Below, piece by piece: positions 36,244-49,093 of a stretch of 64,000 nucleotides of DNA. This DNA comes from Octopus sinensis. Its lineage: Eukaryota. Under the pieces are notes generated by a model. That model made no database searches and was not told where the DNA came from. It was given only the letters and a program-made list of their open reading frames with translations. The position numbers and the translations under genes were made by a program. Every line of letters begins with the position of its first letter. Position 1 is the first letter of the stretch. Location: positions 3,410,001 through 3,474,000 of the forward strand of contig NC_043021.1 of the NCBI RefSeq assembly GCF_006345805.1. The letters run 5' to 3'.

Positions 36244-36586
36244 AATGGAATTTGTAGTTGTGATACCAGTGCAGGTGGCACGTAAGAGAACCATCCGATC
36301 GTGGCCGTAGCCAGCGCCACCCTGACTGGCCTCCGTGCCGGTGGCACGTAAAAAGCACCATCCGATCGTGGTCTTTGCCAGCTTTGTCTGGTCTCCGTGC
36401 CGGTGGCACGTAAAAAGCACCCACTACACTCACGGAGTGGTTGGCATTAGGAAGGGCATCCAGCTGTAGAAACACTGCCAGATCAGACTGGGCCTGGTGC
36501 AGCCTTCTGGCTTCCCAGACCCCAGTTAAACCGTCCAACCCATTGGACGTTAAACCGGACGTTAAATGATGATGATGATGATGATA
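36244..36586 (+). mobile_element. 5'-truncated RTE 3'-end copy in (TA)n
   Basis: Starts with AATGGAATTTGTA, as in the LINE 3' UTR units; TA runs on both flanks. Confidence 0.85.
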
Positions 36587-37344
36587 TATACACACTCACA
36601 CACACATGATGAGCCTCCAGATTCTGTCTCTCAAATTCACTTACAATGTACTGTCCAGCCTGGAACTATATTAGAAGGCACTTTCTTGATGTGCTCTGCA
36701 ATGGAACTGGACCCGAAACACATGGATATGTGCCTTGAGTGGAGTTTACATTGTTACCAAGCATTTGAGCCAAGTCACTGATTTGAGGATTAAATTCTTT
36801 CCTCCTCACCTTCCCATCAGTCTTTGACATTTTGAGAAAAAAAACTGAGGGCCTTGGGTGCTGCTCTTTCTTGACTTAGCAGTAAATAGATAAAACTGAT
36901 TGGCACAGGTATGGCTGTGTGGTTAAGAAGGTTCAATCCCACTGCATGGTACCTTGGGCAGGTGTCTTCTCCTAGAGCTTCATGCTGATATAAGCCTAAT
37001 GAATGGATTTGGTAGACAGAAACTGAATGAAGCCCACTCTGTGTGTGTGTGTGCATGCATGTATATGAGTGAGTCTTTGTATTTCCCACCACCACCACCA
37101 CCACTGTTTGACAACTGGGGTTGGTTTATTCAACTAAACTCTCCAAGGCAGTGCTCCAACATGGCCGTGGTCCAATGACTGAAACGACTATAAGAGATAA
37201 AACTCTCTTGAAAGTTTTGTATTGTAAAAATAAAAGTTATGTCGGGTCAGAATGTGAAAACAGCTTTTTACAAAGAAGAAATATTAAATATTCCAAACCC
37301 ATGTCACTTCAAATATTAAACCTCAGATTTGTCCCAAGCAAGCA

Positions 37345-37850
37345 ACAATAAGCTATGGTACAACCACACTTGGAATTCGCATCATCAGTTTGGAACCCCT
37401 ATCTTGCTCAGAACATTGACCTCCTGGAATCTGTTCAGAGACATGCAACCAAATGCATACTCTCCATCAGACACCTACCATACTCTGAGCACCTTGTTTC
37501 CCTGGGCATGGATTCACTGAAGCTCCGGAGTCTGGCGATGGACTTGGTAAACACCCACAAAGTTATCAACCACCTCACCAACAACAACAACAACACTGAA
37601 CACCTTTTTGATCTCCATGTGTCCAACACACGTGGACATGCCTACAAAGTCAGAAAACAGCACAGCTCCCATGACTTTCAGAAACATTTTTTCACGCTCA
37701 GAGTTGCTGAAGCATGGAACAAACTGCCTGCGTCAGTTGTTGACTGCCATGACACTGCATTCTTTAAGGCCCTCATGCTTTCCGAAATCCGCCGAAACTA
37801 CACCTGATTATACATACACTTTAGATGAGTTGTAGTGCACTGTACACAAT
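37345..37850 (+). mobile_element. CR1/L2-group LINE, 3' fragment
   Basis: VQPHLEFASSVWNPY...LESVQRHATK...TRGHAYKV...FFTLRVAEAWNKLP, the canonical CR1-type ORF2 C-terminus. Confidence 0.88.
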
Positions 37851-38021
37851 GTTTTATTATTATCAATAACAAATAATCCATTTTTTCCTTACATTCTATC
37901 ATTTCTATCATCTCACATATTTAATGTATTACTTTACTTTTGGATTTCTTATTCTTTTTCTTTATCTGACGTATTCTCGTTGGCGGCCTGTAATGTTGAG
38001 CTTACAACTTCTATTTTGCAG

Positions 38022-38185
38022 AGGACCTGGTGAAAAAGAAATGGAATGTCCTGAAGTCTGCATACAACCGAGAACTAAAGAGACTGATTGAATTATCTAG
38101 AATTAGCTCAGATGTTTATGCCCCACAATGGTGGCTTTTCCAGAACTTGGACCGGTTCCTCAGACCACATGCCCTCTCACGGAAG
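38022..38185 (+). CDS. MADF-BESS gene 2, exon 2
   Basis: Acceptor TTTTGCAG|AG (phase 1) gives WTEDLVKKKWNVLKSAYNRELKR...PQWWLFQNLDRFLRPHALSRK. Phase-0 donor AAG|GTACAA at 38186. Confidence 0.88.
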
Positions 38186-38218
38186 GTACAAACTATTTTG
38201 CATTCTACTTTTAGCGGT

Positions 38219-38532
38219 CATCATCATCATCATCATTTCGCGTCCGCTTTCTATGCTAGCATGGGTTGGATGGTTCAACTGGGGTCTGGGAAGCCAGAAA
38301 GCTGCATCAGGCCCAGTCTGATCTGGCAGTGTTTCTACGGCTGGATGCCCTTCCTAACGCCAACCACTCCGTGAATGTAGTGGGTGCTTTTTACGTGCCA
38401 CCCGCACAGGTGCCAGACGGAGCTGGCAAACGGCCACAGGCGGATGGTGCTTTTTACGTGCCACCGGCACGGGTGCCAGGCGAGGCTGGCAACGGCCACA
38501 ATCGGATGGTGCTTCTTACGTGCCGCCGGCAT
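38219..38532 (-). mobile_element. 5'-truncated RTE 3'-end copy
   Basis: (TCA)n then the reverse complement of the RTE tail, ~33 nt after the exon 2 donor of gene 2. Confidence 0.85.
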
Positions 38533-39010
38533 GGTGTTTTAGAGAAAGTTATCATTGGGGTTAACCCTTTAGTATTTAAACTGGCCATATCCAGTCCAAA
38601 TATTTTACCTGTTTTGTGTTCAAACTGGCCAGGTCCAGCCCCTCACACCTACCCTACTATTTGCTCTTAACATTTAAAATCTTCAAGTTCTTCCTTACAC
38701 AATTAACTATGGCTTTGTTACAACTACTTCCAATTTTGTTTAAACTTGGATGGAAGCCATGGGGACCCTTGACCCAATACTCTACATGCTATTATTTATA
38801 GTTTAGTCTACTTCAAGTTCCACTGTAAAAAAATAGCATACTTCAATTCTTCCAAAATTTTAAAATTCTTATAATGTTACAAGATTGATGTTTGCATCCA
38901 CTAAGGCACCAGTGCTTGTATCATTAATGATTGCATCTTTATTTATTCAAGACAGAATCACCACCCTCCAATTTATTTCATGTCTCTTGGTGTTTCTATA
39001 TTTGTATGAT

Positions 39011-39145
39011 GTATGAAGGTTGGCTGAAAAGTTCATGGTCTGAGCAACATACTCCTATGGAATGTGGCCAAATAACATTTATTTTTCAACATAGTTCCCC
39101 ATTGCAGTTCGCACACTTCTTCCATTGGTGTTGCAGTGCTTGAAT
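39011..39145 (-). mobile_element. 3' end fragment of a mariner element
   Basis: Minus strand reads GIQALQHQWKKC...YVEK* (mariner C-terminus), followed by a TIR-like GGCTGAAAAGTTC; a similar TIR at ~6172-6187. Confidence 0.55.
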
Positions 39146-39151
39146 CCCATT

Positions 39152-39552
39152 CTTTTATTCTTTTACTTGTTTCAGTCATTTGACTGCGGCCATGCTGGAG
39201 CACCGCCTTAATCGAGCAACTCGACCCCGGGACTTATTCTTTGTAAGCCAGTACTTATTCTATCGGTCTCTTTTGCCGAACCGATAAGTAACGGGGACGT
39301 AAACACACCAGCATCGGTTGTCAAGCAATGCTAGGGGGACAAACACAGGCACACAAACACATACACATACATATATATATACACATATACGACAGGCTTC
39401 TTTCAGTTTCCATCTACCAAATCCACTCACAAGGCATTGGTCGGCCCGGGGCTATAGCAGAAGACACTTGCCCAAGATGCCACGCAGTGGGACTAAACCC
39501 GGAACCATGTGGTTGATTAGCAAGCTACTTACCACACAGCCACTCCTGCGCC
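39152..39552 (-). mobile_element. SINE family A, full copy
   Basis: Near-identical to the other family A copies; ends ~115 nt before exon 3 of gene 2. Confidence 0.85.
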
Positions 39553-39667
39553 TATGTATATATTTGTGTCAGTCAATGAACTTTTCAGTCACCCTTGTAA
39601 ATATTATTATATGATTTTAATACTTCTTACTAATATTATCTTGCCTTTTTTTTTCTTTTTTCGATAG

Positions 39668-40312
39668 CGTGCTGTAGAGTCCCATAGCATTGAAGATGGG
39701 TCACCTGGTCCATCCTTTGAAAGAATTGACGACAGCCATGATGGATCTATGGAGTGTGGGGAAGCAAAAGAAAGGTTCATGAGGACCGAGAGTGCTAGAA
39801 GTAGCTGCATGAAACCTGAAGACATGCAGACAATCTGTATTGAACCAGAGGTGATACAAAATATTTATATGGAACCTGAAAACATCCAAACTCTCCTGAC
39901 TGAACCTCAGGAGGTAAGGAATCGAAGTATAAAACAAGAAAGCCAAACAAATGGATGGCGAGATTATAGTTTGGTGAGAAATGACGGTTTAGCATCTGGT
40001 GGGGAGCGTTTTAGTTTAAGCGAAGAGGTATCAAACAGTTTGGAAAACCGTGCGAAAAAAACTGCATTCAATCATTGCACTCTTATGGTAGATCAGCTGC
40101 GAAACAGAATGGACAGTAGAACAGTTCAGTTGAATGAGAGGAGGGATGCTGAAGATTTTTATTGTGATATGATGGCTATAGAACTAAAATCTATTTCCAA
40201 TGAAGATTTAAAAGATGAAGCTAAATTTGAAATGATGAGGATTTTGAAAGACTTCAAGAAGAAAGACAGACAGTTGAAACAGAATGCATTGCCAGCACCA
40301 GATCACATATAA
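39668..40312 (+). CDS. MADF-BESS gene 2, exon 3 (linker + BESS-like motif)
   Basis: Long polypyrimidine tract then TAG|CGT (phase 0); open to TAA at 40310-40312. The C-terminus AEDFYCDMMAIELKSISNEDLKDEAKFEMMRIL is BESS-like. Spliced CDS 178+164+645 nt = 328 aa. Confidence 0.82.
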   Translation, partial: RAVESHSIEDGSPGPSFERIDDSHDGSMECGEAKERFMRTESARSSCMKPEDMQTICIEPEVIQNIYMEPENIQTLLTEPQEVRNRSIKQESQTNGWRDYSLVRNDGLASGGERFSLSEEVSNSLENRAKKTAFNHCTLMVDQLRNRMDSRTVQLNERRDAEDFYCDMMAIELKSISNEDLKDEAKFEMMRILKDFKKKDRQLKQNALPAPDHI

Positions 40313-40395
40313 ACATATAAGACAGAGAAATATTAAATTTTTATAAAATATTCTAAAAAGATCTTCATTTCCATCCTCGTTCAATTTTGCATATT

Positions 40396-40587
40396 ACTCT
40401 TTTACTCTTTCACTTGTTTCAGTCATTTGACTGCGGCCATGCTGGAGCACCGCCTTTAGTCAAGCACATCGACCCCCAGAACTTATTCTTTGTAAGCCTG
40501 GTACTTATTCTATCGGCTCTCTTTTGCCGAACTGCTAAGTTACGGGGATGTAAACACACCAGCATCGGTTATCAAGCAGTTGTGGGG

Positions 40588-40632
<45 letters not shown>

Positions 40633-40803
40633 CATATATACGACAGGCTTCTTTGAGTTTCCGTCTACCAAATCCACTCACAAGGCTTTGGTCGGCCCGA
40701 GGCTATAGTAGAAGACACTTGCCCAAGGTGCTACGCAGTGGGACTGAACCCGGAACCATGTGGTTGGTAAGCAAGCTACTTGACACACAGCCACTCCTGC
40801 GCC
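40396..40803 (-). mobile_element. SINE family A, full copy
   Basis: Near-identical to the other family A copies; ~85 nt after the stop of gene 2. Confidence 0.85.
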
Positions 40804-41026
40804 TATCGTTAAAGATCAGTTTTATCCAAGCATTTTTTTAATGTTTTACAATTAAGGACCAGCTTCCTTTTTAAACGAGAGGCATGTGTTATTAGTTATG
40901 AAACCTTAAACCAATGTCCCACAACTCCTTTTTCCAGTACCCACATGTCCCACAACTCCTTTTTATTTTTTTTTTATGTCTCATTAATTTCTAAGATTCC
41001 TTCCTCCAAATTATATTGTGATTTAA

Positions 41027-41237
41027 CCCTTTCGTTACTGTATTTATTTTGAGATGCTCCGTGTTTCTTTCAATTACTTTAAATATAACGAAGAATTTAG
41101 TAAAATAACTTAGTTATCATTAAGGAACATAAATTGTGATTAAAGTCTGGTGGAAGATTTTAATTTAAAAGTTGTGAAAACAAGACATTTGTACCCCAGA
41201 GCCAGAGACGGTTTCAGCCGGGTTGGTAACAAAAGGG
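41027..41237. mobile_element. piggyBac-type MITE (same family as 23510-23734)
   Basis: TTAA|CCCTTTCG...AAAAGGG|TTAA; the interior is the reverse complement of 23510-23734. Confidence 0.85.
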
Positions 41238-41925
41238 TTAACAGAATTTTAGGTAATTACATACCCATGCAAATATGGAAAAGTGGGCATTAAAATGATG
41301 ATGATGATATGGAGCCCTTATCTATTTTGGAAATGGTAGTAAAAGTACAGTGATTAAGGTAAAAGGAGTTGAAGATATTTGGAGAGCTGTAAACTCTGTG
41401 ATGCATGCAGAGCAAATGATGTGTGTGAAGGTAGTCCAAGGCCAGTAATGGATAATAAAATGCAGGTATTTAATGTGAAAGATCTCATGAGAGTGGAATG
41501 AAACAAAATAAGGTCTAATGGCTGTGCATGTGCTGTGTTTATTTGCATGAAAGGTAGGGGTGCATGCGAAACTGCAAAATAAGCAGAGTGTTATATGCAT
41601 CTGATGGCCAAATGTTTTCCTTTTTTTTTTTTAATTAATTGTTGGCTCAGGAAAAGGCAGTGCCCATGATCTTTGCAGGCCCTTTAAGACCGGTGAACCT
41701 GATGTCGTTTGTGTGCCATTTCCTGTTGCTGGAAAAACATGGTCAAGATAAGGTTCCAGAAGGCTAGTGTTCTGGTGAGAAAGGATTGGGAACAGTGGTT
41801 ACTGTGGTGGGCCTGGGGTTTGGATGCTAACAAGAGTGGTGGCAAGTAGATCAGGACTAGATGCAAGACCAACCCTCTCTGAGGAACAGAGGCCATTATA
41901 ATAGTGATGGAAAATACAAATAGAT

Positions 41926-42250
41926 GACAGCAGACCTGTGGGCCAGAGGGAGGCTGGAGTATGTGTTAGTGATTTAATGCCAATCAGTTGAGTGGTCCTT
42001 CACTGGATGGGGTCCAGAATGTGTGTGTGTGTGTGATTAGCAATAAGCATTGTTCCAGAAATGAGATCAGTGCTCAATTACAGGTGATAGAATATACAGA
42101 GGTTGAGGACAGCAGACCTGTGAGCCAGAGGGAGGCTGGAGCATGATTGTTAGTGATTTAATGCCAATCAGTCGAGTGACCCTTTCCTGGAAGTGTTCTA
42201 GGATGTGTGTGTGATAAGTAGTAGCATTGTTTCAGGTGTAGATCAGTGCA
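41926..42250 (+). repeat. ~182-bp diverged tandem duplication
   Basis: GACAGCAGACCTGTG.GCCAGAGGGAGGCTGGAG...TTAGTGATTTAATGCCAATCAG at ~41926 and ~42108. Confidence 0.7.
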
Positions 42251-42910
42251 GTATTGAGAGTCTCACTTGAGCTTTGTAAAGTATGGACATGTAATGTGAA
42301 TGGACAATATCTGTTTGGTTTAAAAAATGTTAGGTACATGTGGCAGAAGAAGGTTGTGAAGAAAATAGGTGAGTTAAAAAAAATTGGGGGACGATGGAAC
42401 AGTTTTTATAAAGCATTGAAACTGGCCAAATCAGGCCCAAATATTCTACTCGTTTTATGTTCAAACTGGTCAGATTCAGCCTCTCAATGTCAATGTAAAA
42501 ATTTAACAGCCACCTCATTGAAATCTCAATGCTACAAGATAATTAATTCAAAACAATGTGAATAAATAAGCATTTCATTTGATAGAATAATCTGGGAGCT
42601 AAAGGGTTAAATACTTGATAAGCTTCCTACTGACAACCACTCAGGTGCTAAGTACTCAAGAGTGGAACCAATTGCTTTGTAAATCAGGCGAAAATGAAAC
42701 AAGTATGTTGTCCCATGGACACACCAGCTATAGTTGTAATGGTTTGAACTTACAACCATGCAATCTTATGCCTGTCACCTTAACTCATAGTCGTTGTCCT
42801 TCAGCCTATATACACCCACTTAACAGTTTCTGAAAAAATTCACTGTAATTAGATCTTTTATATGATTCTATTTAGGAAATTTGGTTTTGCATCTGATAAA
42901 CCATTTAATC

Positions 42911-43345
42911 TTCATCATCATCATCATCATAGTTTAATGTCCGTTCTCCATGCTAGCATGGGTTGGACGGTTCGACCGGGGATCTGGGAAGCCAGAAGGC
43001 TGCACCAGGCTCCAGTCTGATCTGGCAGTATTTCTACAGCTGGATGCCCTTCCTAACGCCAACCACTCCGTGGGTGTAGTGGGTGCTTTTTACGTGCCGC
43101 TGGCACAGGTGCCAGGGGGGACTGGCAACATCCATGATTGGATTGGTGCTTTTTACGTGCCACCAGCACGGACACAGTCAAGGCGGCACTGGCATCGGCC
43201 ACGTTCAGGCGGTGCTTTTTATGTGCCACCGGCTCAGTGATCACAACTGCAGTTTCCATTGATTTTTGATGTTGGTGTACTTGACTCAGTGGATCTCCTC
43301 AAGCACAGGGTCGAAACGGTGTTTCTTTACTTGCCACCTGCACAG
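42911..43345 (-). mobile_element. 5'-truncated RTE 3'-end copy
   Basis: Reverse complement of the RTE tail and 3' UTR repeats. Confidence 0.8.
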
Positions 43346-43552
43346 GAGTCAGTCCAGCGATTGCAAGAAAACATTCTCAAAAGAAAATAAAATGCAAAGA
43401 GCAGCTAGGCATATGAAAATCTGCCTCAAAAAGTTTCATCTGAATCATGCAGACATAGAACATTAAATGTTAAAATGATAATGATGAGTCAATAAATCAA
43501 ATTTTGAATAAGGTATTCAAAATTTCTGGGTGTATATATAAAACATATATTA

Positions 43553-43693
43553 TTAGGTTGTCCCAAAAGTTCGTAAACACTTGCGAAAATTGAATTTTTC
43601 CTCGCCAAGTACTAACAAAAACAACAAAAATTATTCCTCAAAATAAAGACCATTATTTTCCAAGACTTTCTACGAACTTTTGGGACAACCTTA
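43553..43693. mobile_element. Mariner-type MITE
   Basis: Perfect TIR AGGTTGTCCCAAAAGTTCGTA / TACGAACTTTTGGGACAACCT, with TA on both flanks. Confidence 0.85.
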
Positions 43694-43983
43694 TAAAAAC
43701 TTTTTTCTACAATTAAACACTGATCCTGTATGTTTGGTTTTTATAAGGACTGTGATGTGTTTTATATTTTGTATAATACATAATTAATATGTGTGTGTGT
43801 GGATCTTTCACCAATGTACACCGATGAAGGATATAAACATTCCAATGAAAGAAAATTAAAAATAAAACTAGTACTTTACACATGAACTTCAAGATAGTTT
43901 GATCTCTTATATCAAGTTTAAAAAACTTGCTACTTACCAATCTAACATCTGTTACTAACAATACTACCGATTACTAGTTCCCA

Positions 43984-44383
43984 TACTCTTTTACTTGTTT
44001 CAGTCATTTGACTGCGGCCATGCTGGAGCACCACCTTTAGTCGAGCAAATCGACCCCGGGACTTATTCTTTGTAAGCCCAGTACTTATTCTATCAGTTCT
44101 CTTTTGCCGAACCGCTAAGTGACGGGGACGTAAACACACCAGCATCGGTTGTCAAGCAATGCTAGAGGGACAAACACACACACACACACATATACATATA
44201 TATATATATATACATATATACGACAGGCTTCTTTCAGTTTCCGTCTACCAAATCCACTCACAATGCTTTGGTCGGCCCGAGGCTATAGCAGAAGACACTT
44301 GCCCAAGATGCCACGCAGTGGGACTGAACCCAGAACCATGTGGCTGGTTAACAAGCTACTTACCACACAGCCACTCCTGCGCC
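43984..44383 (-). mobile_element. SINE family A, full copy
   Basis: Near-identical to the other family A copies. Confidence 0.85.
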
Positions 44384-45289
44384 TATACACTAATTAAATA
44401 ACTAATTCTAAAAGAAAGTAATTGATTGCAAATTACTAATCTTAGCAAAATGATAAAAACATTGCTAGTATACTATTTATGTTATGATTTATAATATTAT
44501 AAAATTGTGCTAGTTGTATGGGCTATTGGTTCAAGCATAATGTAGAGAAGACTGGACACATGGAAGTTTTGGTTTAAAATGAAAAAACTCAAGACAAGAT
44601 TAAGAGTACAGGAAATTCAAATTTTCACAACTCATCGCAAAATTGAAGCTTAATTCAAAGTGTGATTTCATTTTGCTTAATGTGAAATCCCTCATACTTG
44701 ATACTTAAATATAACACAGTATAATATATAAATATATATATGGTGGAGGTGCAATGGCCCAGTGGTTAGGACAGCAGACTCGGGGTTTTGATTCACAAAC
44801 TGGGCGTTGTGAGTGTTTATTGAGCGAAAACACCTAAAGCTCCACGAGGCTCCGGCAGGGGGTGGGGGGTGGCGATCCCTGCTGTACTCTTTCACCACAA
44901 CTTTCTCTCACTCTTCTGTTAGCCTGCTCGCTTAGCCAGCGGTGTGGCGTCATTTGAAGGCTAAAACAATGCGAAGCGCATTGTGACCAGCGATGTGTAG
45001 CAACATCTGTTAGCCTGGTCGGTCACAGTGATCACGGTGAGATATATATATATACATACATACACACACATATAAATCCACATATACATACATACATATA
45101 AACATATATATACATATACATACATATATACAGACAAATATACATATATATATACATACATATATACAGACAAATATACATATACATATATATATACATA
45201 CAAATATCTATTTTTTCCGTGTTAATTGTTAACAAGGGAAAAATACACTCATCTATTTATATATATATATATATACACACACACATATA

Positions 45290-45625
45290 TATATGTAGAA
45301 GGCTCGCAAGAATATAAAGCATACACAGGGGCTTCAGAAAATTCTTTCAAGACCAGATTTTATTCTCATAGAAATTCCTTCCGGTTCCCCAAATACAAGA
45401 CAAAGACCAGTCTGGCAATTGAAAGAAAATGAAACTCATCCTTTCAACAGGACATTGGAAAATGTTTGATAAAGCATCAGCTTACAGACATTGTACTCAT
45501 AAAAGACCCATCAAATATGATTTCTGCCTTTCGGAAAAATTCTTTATTTTATTCCAGGACAATAGCACTTTGAATCAAAGACGCGAACTCTTAAATTCCT
45601 GCTAGCACACAACAAAATTTTAAAT
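45290..45625 (+). mobile_element. Penelope-like element relic (GIY-YIG C-terminus)
   Basis: YTGASENSFKTRFYSHRNSF, then after a frameshift FCLSEKFFIL...LNQRRELLNSC*H, matching the PLE endonuclease pattern Y.G..E..FK.R...H..SF / LCL.EK / LN.R.EL...C.H. Confidence 0.7.
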
Positions 45626-45769
45626 GTTAGCCGACAAGATACCGTATGGATAGTATGTATGTTTTTGGATCTTGAACTGGTATCCAATGCCACTGCTGAA
45701 TTTGTGTTTTGTAGTGTGTGGTTGTTTTGCATCGCAATGATATTGAATGTATTTTGACGTATTCTTTAA

Positions 45770-46125
45770 GAAACCTTTCATTGTTATGGGACCACGGGCC
45801 ATACGTCCCCTGCCCAATTCAAGATCACAACATACATGTACACTGCAACATAATTTCTTTTCCTCAACAGGCCCTGCCCTATTTAACATTGTCCCGAGGG
45901 AGATCAAAGAGGAAAAGGATCCCATCAACTTTAAACGGAGTCTGGATAGATTCCTTCAAAGAATACCAGATAAGCCACCCATAATTGGATACAACTCACC
46001 CAAAAAGAACTCACTACTTGAACAAAACTTGACTTAAACAGGATTCGAATAATCCTATCAGGTGGTGCTATTAAGTTAGACATGGCCTGGACCAATCTTT
46101 GGTCGAAACATATCTAAGTTATCTA
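45770..46125 (+). mobile_element. CR1/L2-group LINE, short 3' fragment
   Basis: HNFFSSTGPALFNIVP...FKRSLDRFLQRIPDKP...GY...NSLL followed by a short 3' UTR with an (ATCTAA)-like tail. Confidence 0.65.
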
Positions 46126-46501
46126 ACTCTTTTACTTGTTTCAGTCATTTGACTGTAGCCATGCTGGAGCGCCGCCTTTAGTTGAGCAAATCGACCCCGG
46201 GACTTATTCTTTGTAAGCCCAGTACTTATTCTATCGGTCTCTTTTGCCGAACCGCTAAGTTACAGGGACGTAAACATCAGCATCGGTTGTCAAGCGATGT
46301 TGGGGAGGGGGGGGACAAACACAGACACACATATATACGATGGGCTTCTTTCAGTTTCCATCTACCAAATCCACTCACAAGGCTTTGGTCAGCCCGAGGC
46401 TATAGTAGAAGACACTTGCCTGAGGTACCACGCAGTGGGACTGGACACGGAACCATGTGGTTGGTAAGCAAGCTACTTACCACACAGCCACTCCTGCGCC
46501 T
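46126..46501 (-). mobile_element. SINE family A, full copy
   Basis: Near-identical to the other family A copies. Confidence 0.8.
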
Positions 46502-46834
46502 ATAAGTTTAAGTTTTTATTATTTTATTCTATTTTACAAACCTATTTAATTGTTATATTTATGGATAATTCTACGCATGGTGCTGCATTTTGCAAATGTC
46601 ATTTATCTCATCTTCATTGTTATATACACTGAGCAATTTTTAAAAAAGCTAAAGTTGTTTGTATATATATATACATTGGGATCCAGATGTGTTTTTATGT
46701 GGATGTGTGTATTGTAAGCATGCATATGTATTTGTATGTGTGCATCTGTGTAGGTTTATATTTATGTACACAGTACATGTACGTATATGTATATACGCAT
46801 AAACTTATATTTGTGTGAATATGTATTTCTCTTT

Positions 46835-47196
46835 CTCTTACTTGTTTCAGTTATTTGACTGCGGCCATTAATCGAGCAACTCGACCCCGGGACTTATTCT
46901 TTTGTAAGCCCAGTACTTATTCTATCGGTCTCTTTTGCCGAACAGGGACATAAACACATCAGCATCGGTTGTCAAGCAATGCTAGGGGGACAGATACACA
47001 CACACATACACATACATATACATATATATATATGACACGCTTCTTTCAGTTTCTATCTACCAAATCCACTCACAAGGCTTTGGTCGGCCCGAGGCTATAG
47101 TAGAAGACACTTGCCCAAGGTGCCATGCAGTGGGACTGAACCTGGAACCATGTGGTTTGTAAGCAAGCTACTTACCACACAGCCACTCCTGCGCCT
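46835..47196 (-). mobile_element. SINE family A, copy with small internal deletions
   Basis: Family A sequence lacking the GCTGGAGCACC segment. Confidence 0.8.
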
Positions 47197-49093
47197 ATTT
47201 GTTTATAGTTCTTTATCTACAATCATAATTACTTTCAGAAAATATAAAAGTGATTTGTAGCCTAGAATAAACATTGATTTGTCATCATAAGCATAAATCC
47301 TTTCGCATTTAAAATGGCCATATCCAGCCCAAATATCTCCCCTTGTTTTACGTTCAAACTAGCCCAATCTGACCCATTACACCTACCCAACAATGTCATT
47401 CTAAAAATAAACAGTTACATCATCAAAATCAACAAGCTATGAGACATTGTATGATAAATCCAAAACAATATGAATAAATAAGCATTACATTTGATAGAAT
47501 AATCTAAATGCTAAAGGGTTAGATTGGCTGTGGACACTTATATTTAAAGCACATTTTTCCAATAAAATAAAAATTGCTTTTAAAAATATAGGTTACCTGT
47601 TGAAATTTGTTGATAGAATTTTTTACAAAGAGTTATATTTTATATAATAATCAAGGATTATTCAAGTTGAAAGTAAGGTTAATTTCTCATGTGAAAGAGA
47701 TCAACTACATTTTTTATAACTTGTTCATGTAAATGATCAGTCACCCATGGTGACGAGAGAATGGCCTCCCATCATCAACGTGGACAAAAAATGTATTTAT
47801 TTAAAAATAAAAGATACGTTTATTTTAGATTTCTGAATCTCAATTTTTATTGTTTTCTCTCTCAAGATATGGATTAGCATATTTACAATTAAGAAACAAA
47901 AATCTTCATTATGTTTAATATGACTGTTTTTTTTTAACTGTAATTATTTCACCATTTCTTTTATCGCTTGTTTCAGTCATTTGACAGCAGCCATGCTGGA
48001 GCACTTCTCTGCTTTGCAACCATTTGGTTTTGGAGTCAATTTTCACTATGTGGCACCTTGGGCAAGTGCCTTCTGCTATAGTCCTGTGCTGACCAATGCC
48101 TTGTAAGTGAAGTTGGTAGACAGAAACTATATAGAAGCTCATTGTACACTTAGGTTTGTGTTTCCCTGACCACCACAACAACCAATACCACTTGATGATC
48201 AGTGTTGGTTTGTTTATGTCCCTGTAATGTAGTGGTTTGAAAAAAGATGCTGACAGAATAAGTGCTTCTTGCTTCGCTTGCTTGCTTCATGCTTGGATCA
48301 TCCCAGATCAGTAGTCCCAGAGGCATCATCATGTGTAGAGCTGACCAGGTCTACCAGTTCTCTCTATCGCTGGCAGTCCCATGCCAGTCCCTCTACAATC
48401 TCCAAGGTGACCCTTCTGGGGCTTGCGTGTTCCATAGATCCAAGAGAGCATTATCACCTGGAGCTTTGCTCTTAGTAGGGCCACCCTAGGTGAGCCAGTT
48501 CTAAACTAATGGTGATACCAGGATTGCAACCATGTCGTTCTGCAGAGGACCAACAACCCACGCAGAAGAACCCTCAACCTGTTATGATACCAACCAGAAA
48601 AAAAACCCAGACTGCCCAACATCAGAATGGACTCCCTCACATGCCCTTGACCAATGAGAGAAAAAAAAAAAAACAAGATAGACTATGTACCAGACTTAAA
48701 AGAAATAAGTATTGGGGTTGATTTGTTTGAGTAAATCCTTCAAGGTGGTGCTCCAGCATGGTTGCAGTCCAGTGATTAAAACACGTAAAAGATAAATATA
48801 GGTGCATGTGTGACTGTGTGGTAAGGAGTATGTTTTCCAACCACATACTTCCAGGTTCAGTCCCACTGTGTGGCACCTTGGGCAAGTGTCTTCCACTATA
48901 GCTGCAGGCTGACCAAAGCCTTGAGTGGATTTATTTGGTAGACGTAAACTGAAGGAAGCCTGTCACACACACATTTATACGGATATTGTATATATAATCA
49001 TCATATATGTATAGATATGTGTGTGTCTTTGTCCCCCAGTCACTGCCTAGGGAACTAGTTTTGGTGTGCTCGTGTCTTCATAACTTAGCAGTT

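Noticed and set aside
41330-41900. Possible degenerate LINE endonuclease region on the minus strand
   Set aside because: Composition is suggestive, but I could identify no diagnostic motif.
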